This document shows positions 62,729-64,000 of a stretch of 64,000 nt of DNA, in pieces (the stretch's first letter is position 1; the number at the start of each line of letters is the position of its first letter). Under the pieces are notes generated by a model that did no database searches, was not told the origin of the DNA, and saw only the letters and a list, made by a program, of their open reading frames with translations. The position numbers were made by a program, and so were the translations under genes. Origin of the DNA: Phoronis australis (lineage: Eukaryota; Animalia; Phoronida); assembly GCA_002633005.1 (NCBI GenBank), contig NMRA01000263.1, positions 486,143 through 550,142 of the forward strand. Reading direction: 5' to 3'.

Positions 62729-64000
62729 GTAAGTTCATTGCTTGACTGTTGCGAAGCAGTGTAGTGATAGACACATGGTTCACTTTGATTAGGGTTACAT
62801 AATAGTCACACATACGTACTCAGGAATGGCCTAGTAGTTAAAATAATAGGAGGCCTTGCAATTGAGAGCTCGTGGGATTGAGCTATAATGTTCCCTAAGC
62901 GTTGGACTAGAGTTTGTTGACATTTCTGTGTGAAGGCACCTCTCCATTTTTGAGGTTGGTTCTCATTATGATGGGTAAGAAATATCAGCAAGGTAACAGG
63001 GGTTCTTAACTGGGTGATGCTCTTAAATTATAGGAAAATTTTTCATTGACATGTGCGTTTTTTTAATTACTGATTATAATGTCGGGATCATGTGAGCACT
63101 GAGATGATTATCACACTCTGTTCCTGTCATTTCATTGCATTTGTTGTACTGAGTCACTATCACACAAATTTCCTCGTGGCTCATAACCGTATAAAAACAT
63201 GTTATATTAATGAGCATTGCACGGGTTACCTGTGGTGGATATGAGGAATAGATTCAAAGGCATGTGAGTTTAATGGTATGAGGCTTTGCTACTTTACATA
63301 AGGAATGAAGTTGCATAGTTCTAACATTGTCATCAAGGTTGATGTTTTGTGCATAAGACATTTTGGTTTTGATTTAGTGACTTTGGTAATTTCAAGAGAA
63401 AAAATTCTTATCAGTGGTAAATAGGATGGTGAACCATGATAAAAGGGTGTGTCCCCCCTATTTGTGGCTGAAACTTGAAAATTATGAAAGTGCCCAATTA
63501 CCTCTTACAAACTGGGCTCAAAAATTTCCTTGCCGCCAATTTGTTTTTACTATCAAAAAGAATCTAGAGATCACCAGCAAAGGGTGACTTTCAAATAACA
63601 ATGTGGTGACTCAGATTACGTCATTACGTACCATTCTCCTGGAGTGTAAAAATCAAGAAATTTCCACTATCACCTTCTAATCTAGAATCACGCTCAATTA
63701 AACTTGTCAAGCAAGCCGTTAAGTACACAATACTGTGGTTAAGCTAGTCAGAGCTTACAGTCATACAAATGAATCAACAGTGAAATTTGAGTATAATTTC
63801 TCTCAAAGTCAATCATTTTTCTCCATTCAAAGTTTTTTGGTTAAAATATTTCACGACATTTGTTGAAAGTCGTTTGCAAATAGTATTCTTAAATATCGGT
63901 TAGCTTGGCGTCGGGTGCGTTGTTTACAGCGTAATTGCTGGATTACGTTAGCTTATCAGATGAAAGCAGACAATAAGAGAGCTGGACTATGTAAACATTG

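Overview
AT-rich, intron-containing animal DNA, probably an invertebrate; it is not prokaryotic, and most ORFs in the track are spurious. I reconstructed three spliced genes by hand from GT-AG boundaries and frame continuity. (1) A + strand gene of about 17 exons (~6504-34600) encodes an uncharacterised ~1170-1220 aa protein. It has PPxY/LPxY motifs, an atypical WW domain, a Gly-X-Y/GGX glycine-rich module and a large C-terminal region with bacterial/fungal-looking motifs. (2) A complete reticulon gene lies on the - strand (56324-38829, 295 aa), with candidate alternative exons. (3) The first six exons of serine palmitoyltransferase subunit 2 (+, from 56707) lie head-to-head with reticulon across a 382-bp spacer containing a perfect CRE palindrome. 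The window also holds a probable terminal exon of an upstream gene, an internally deleted hAT transposon, several MITE families, a THAP-bearing element, tandem repeats, CTCF-like motifs and two gap-flanking duplications that are probably uncollapsed haplotypes. The best candidate for novel biology is gene 1.
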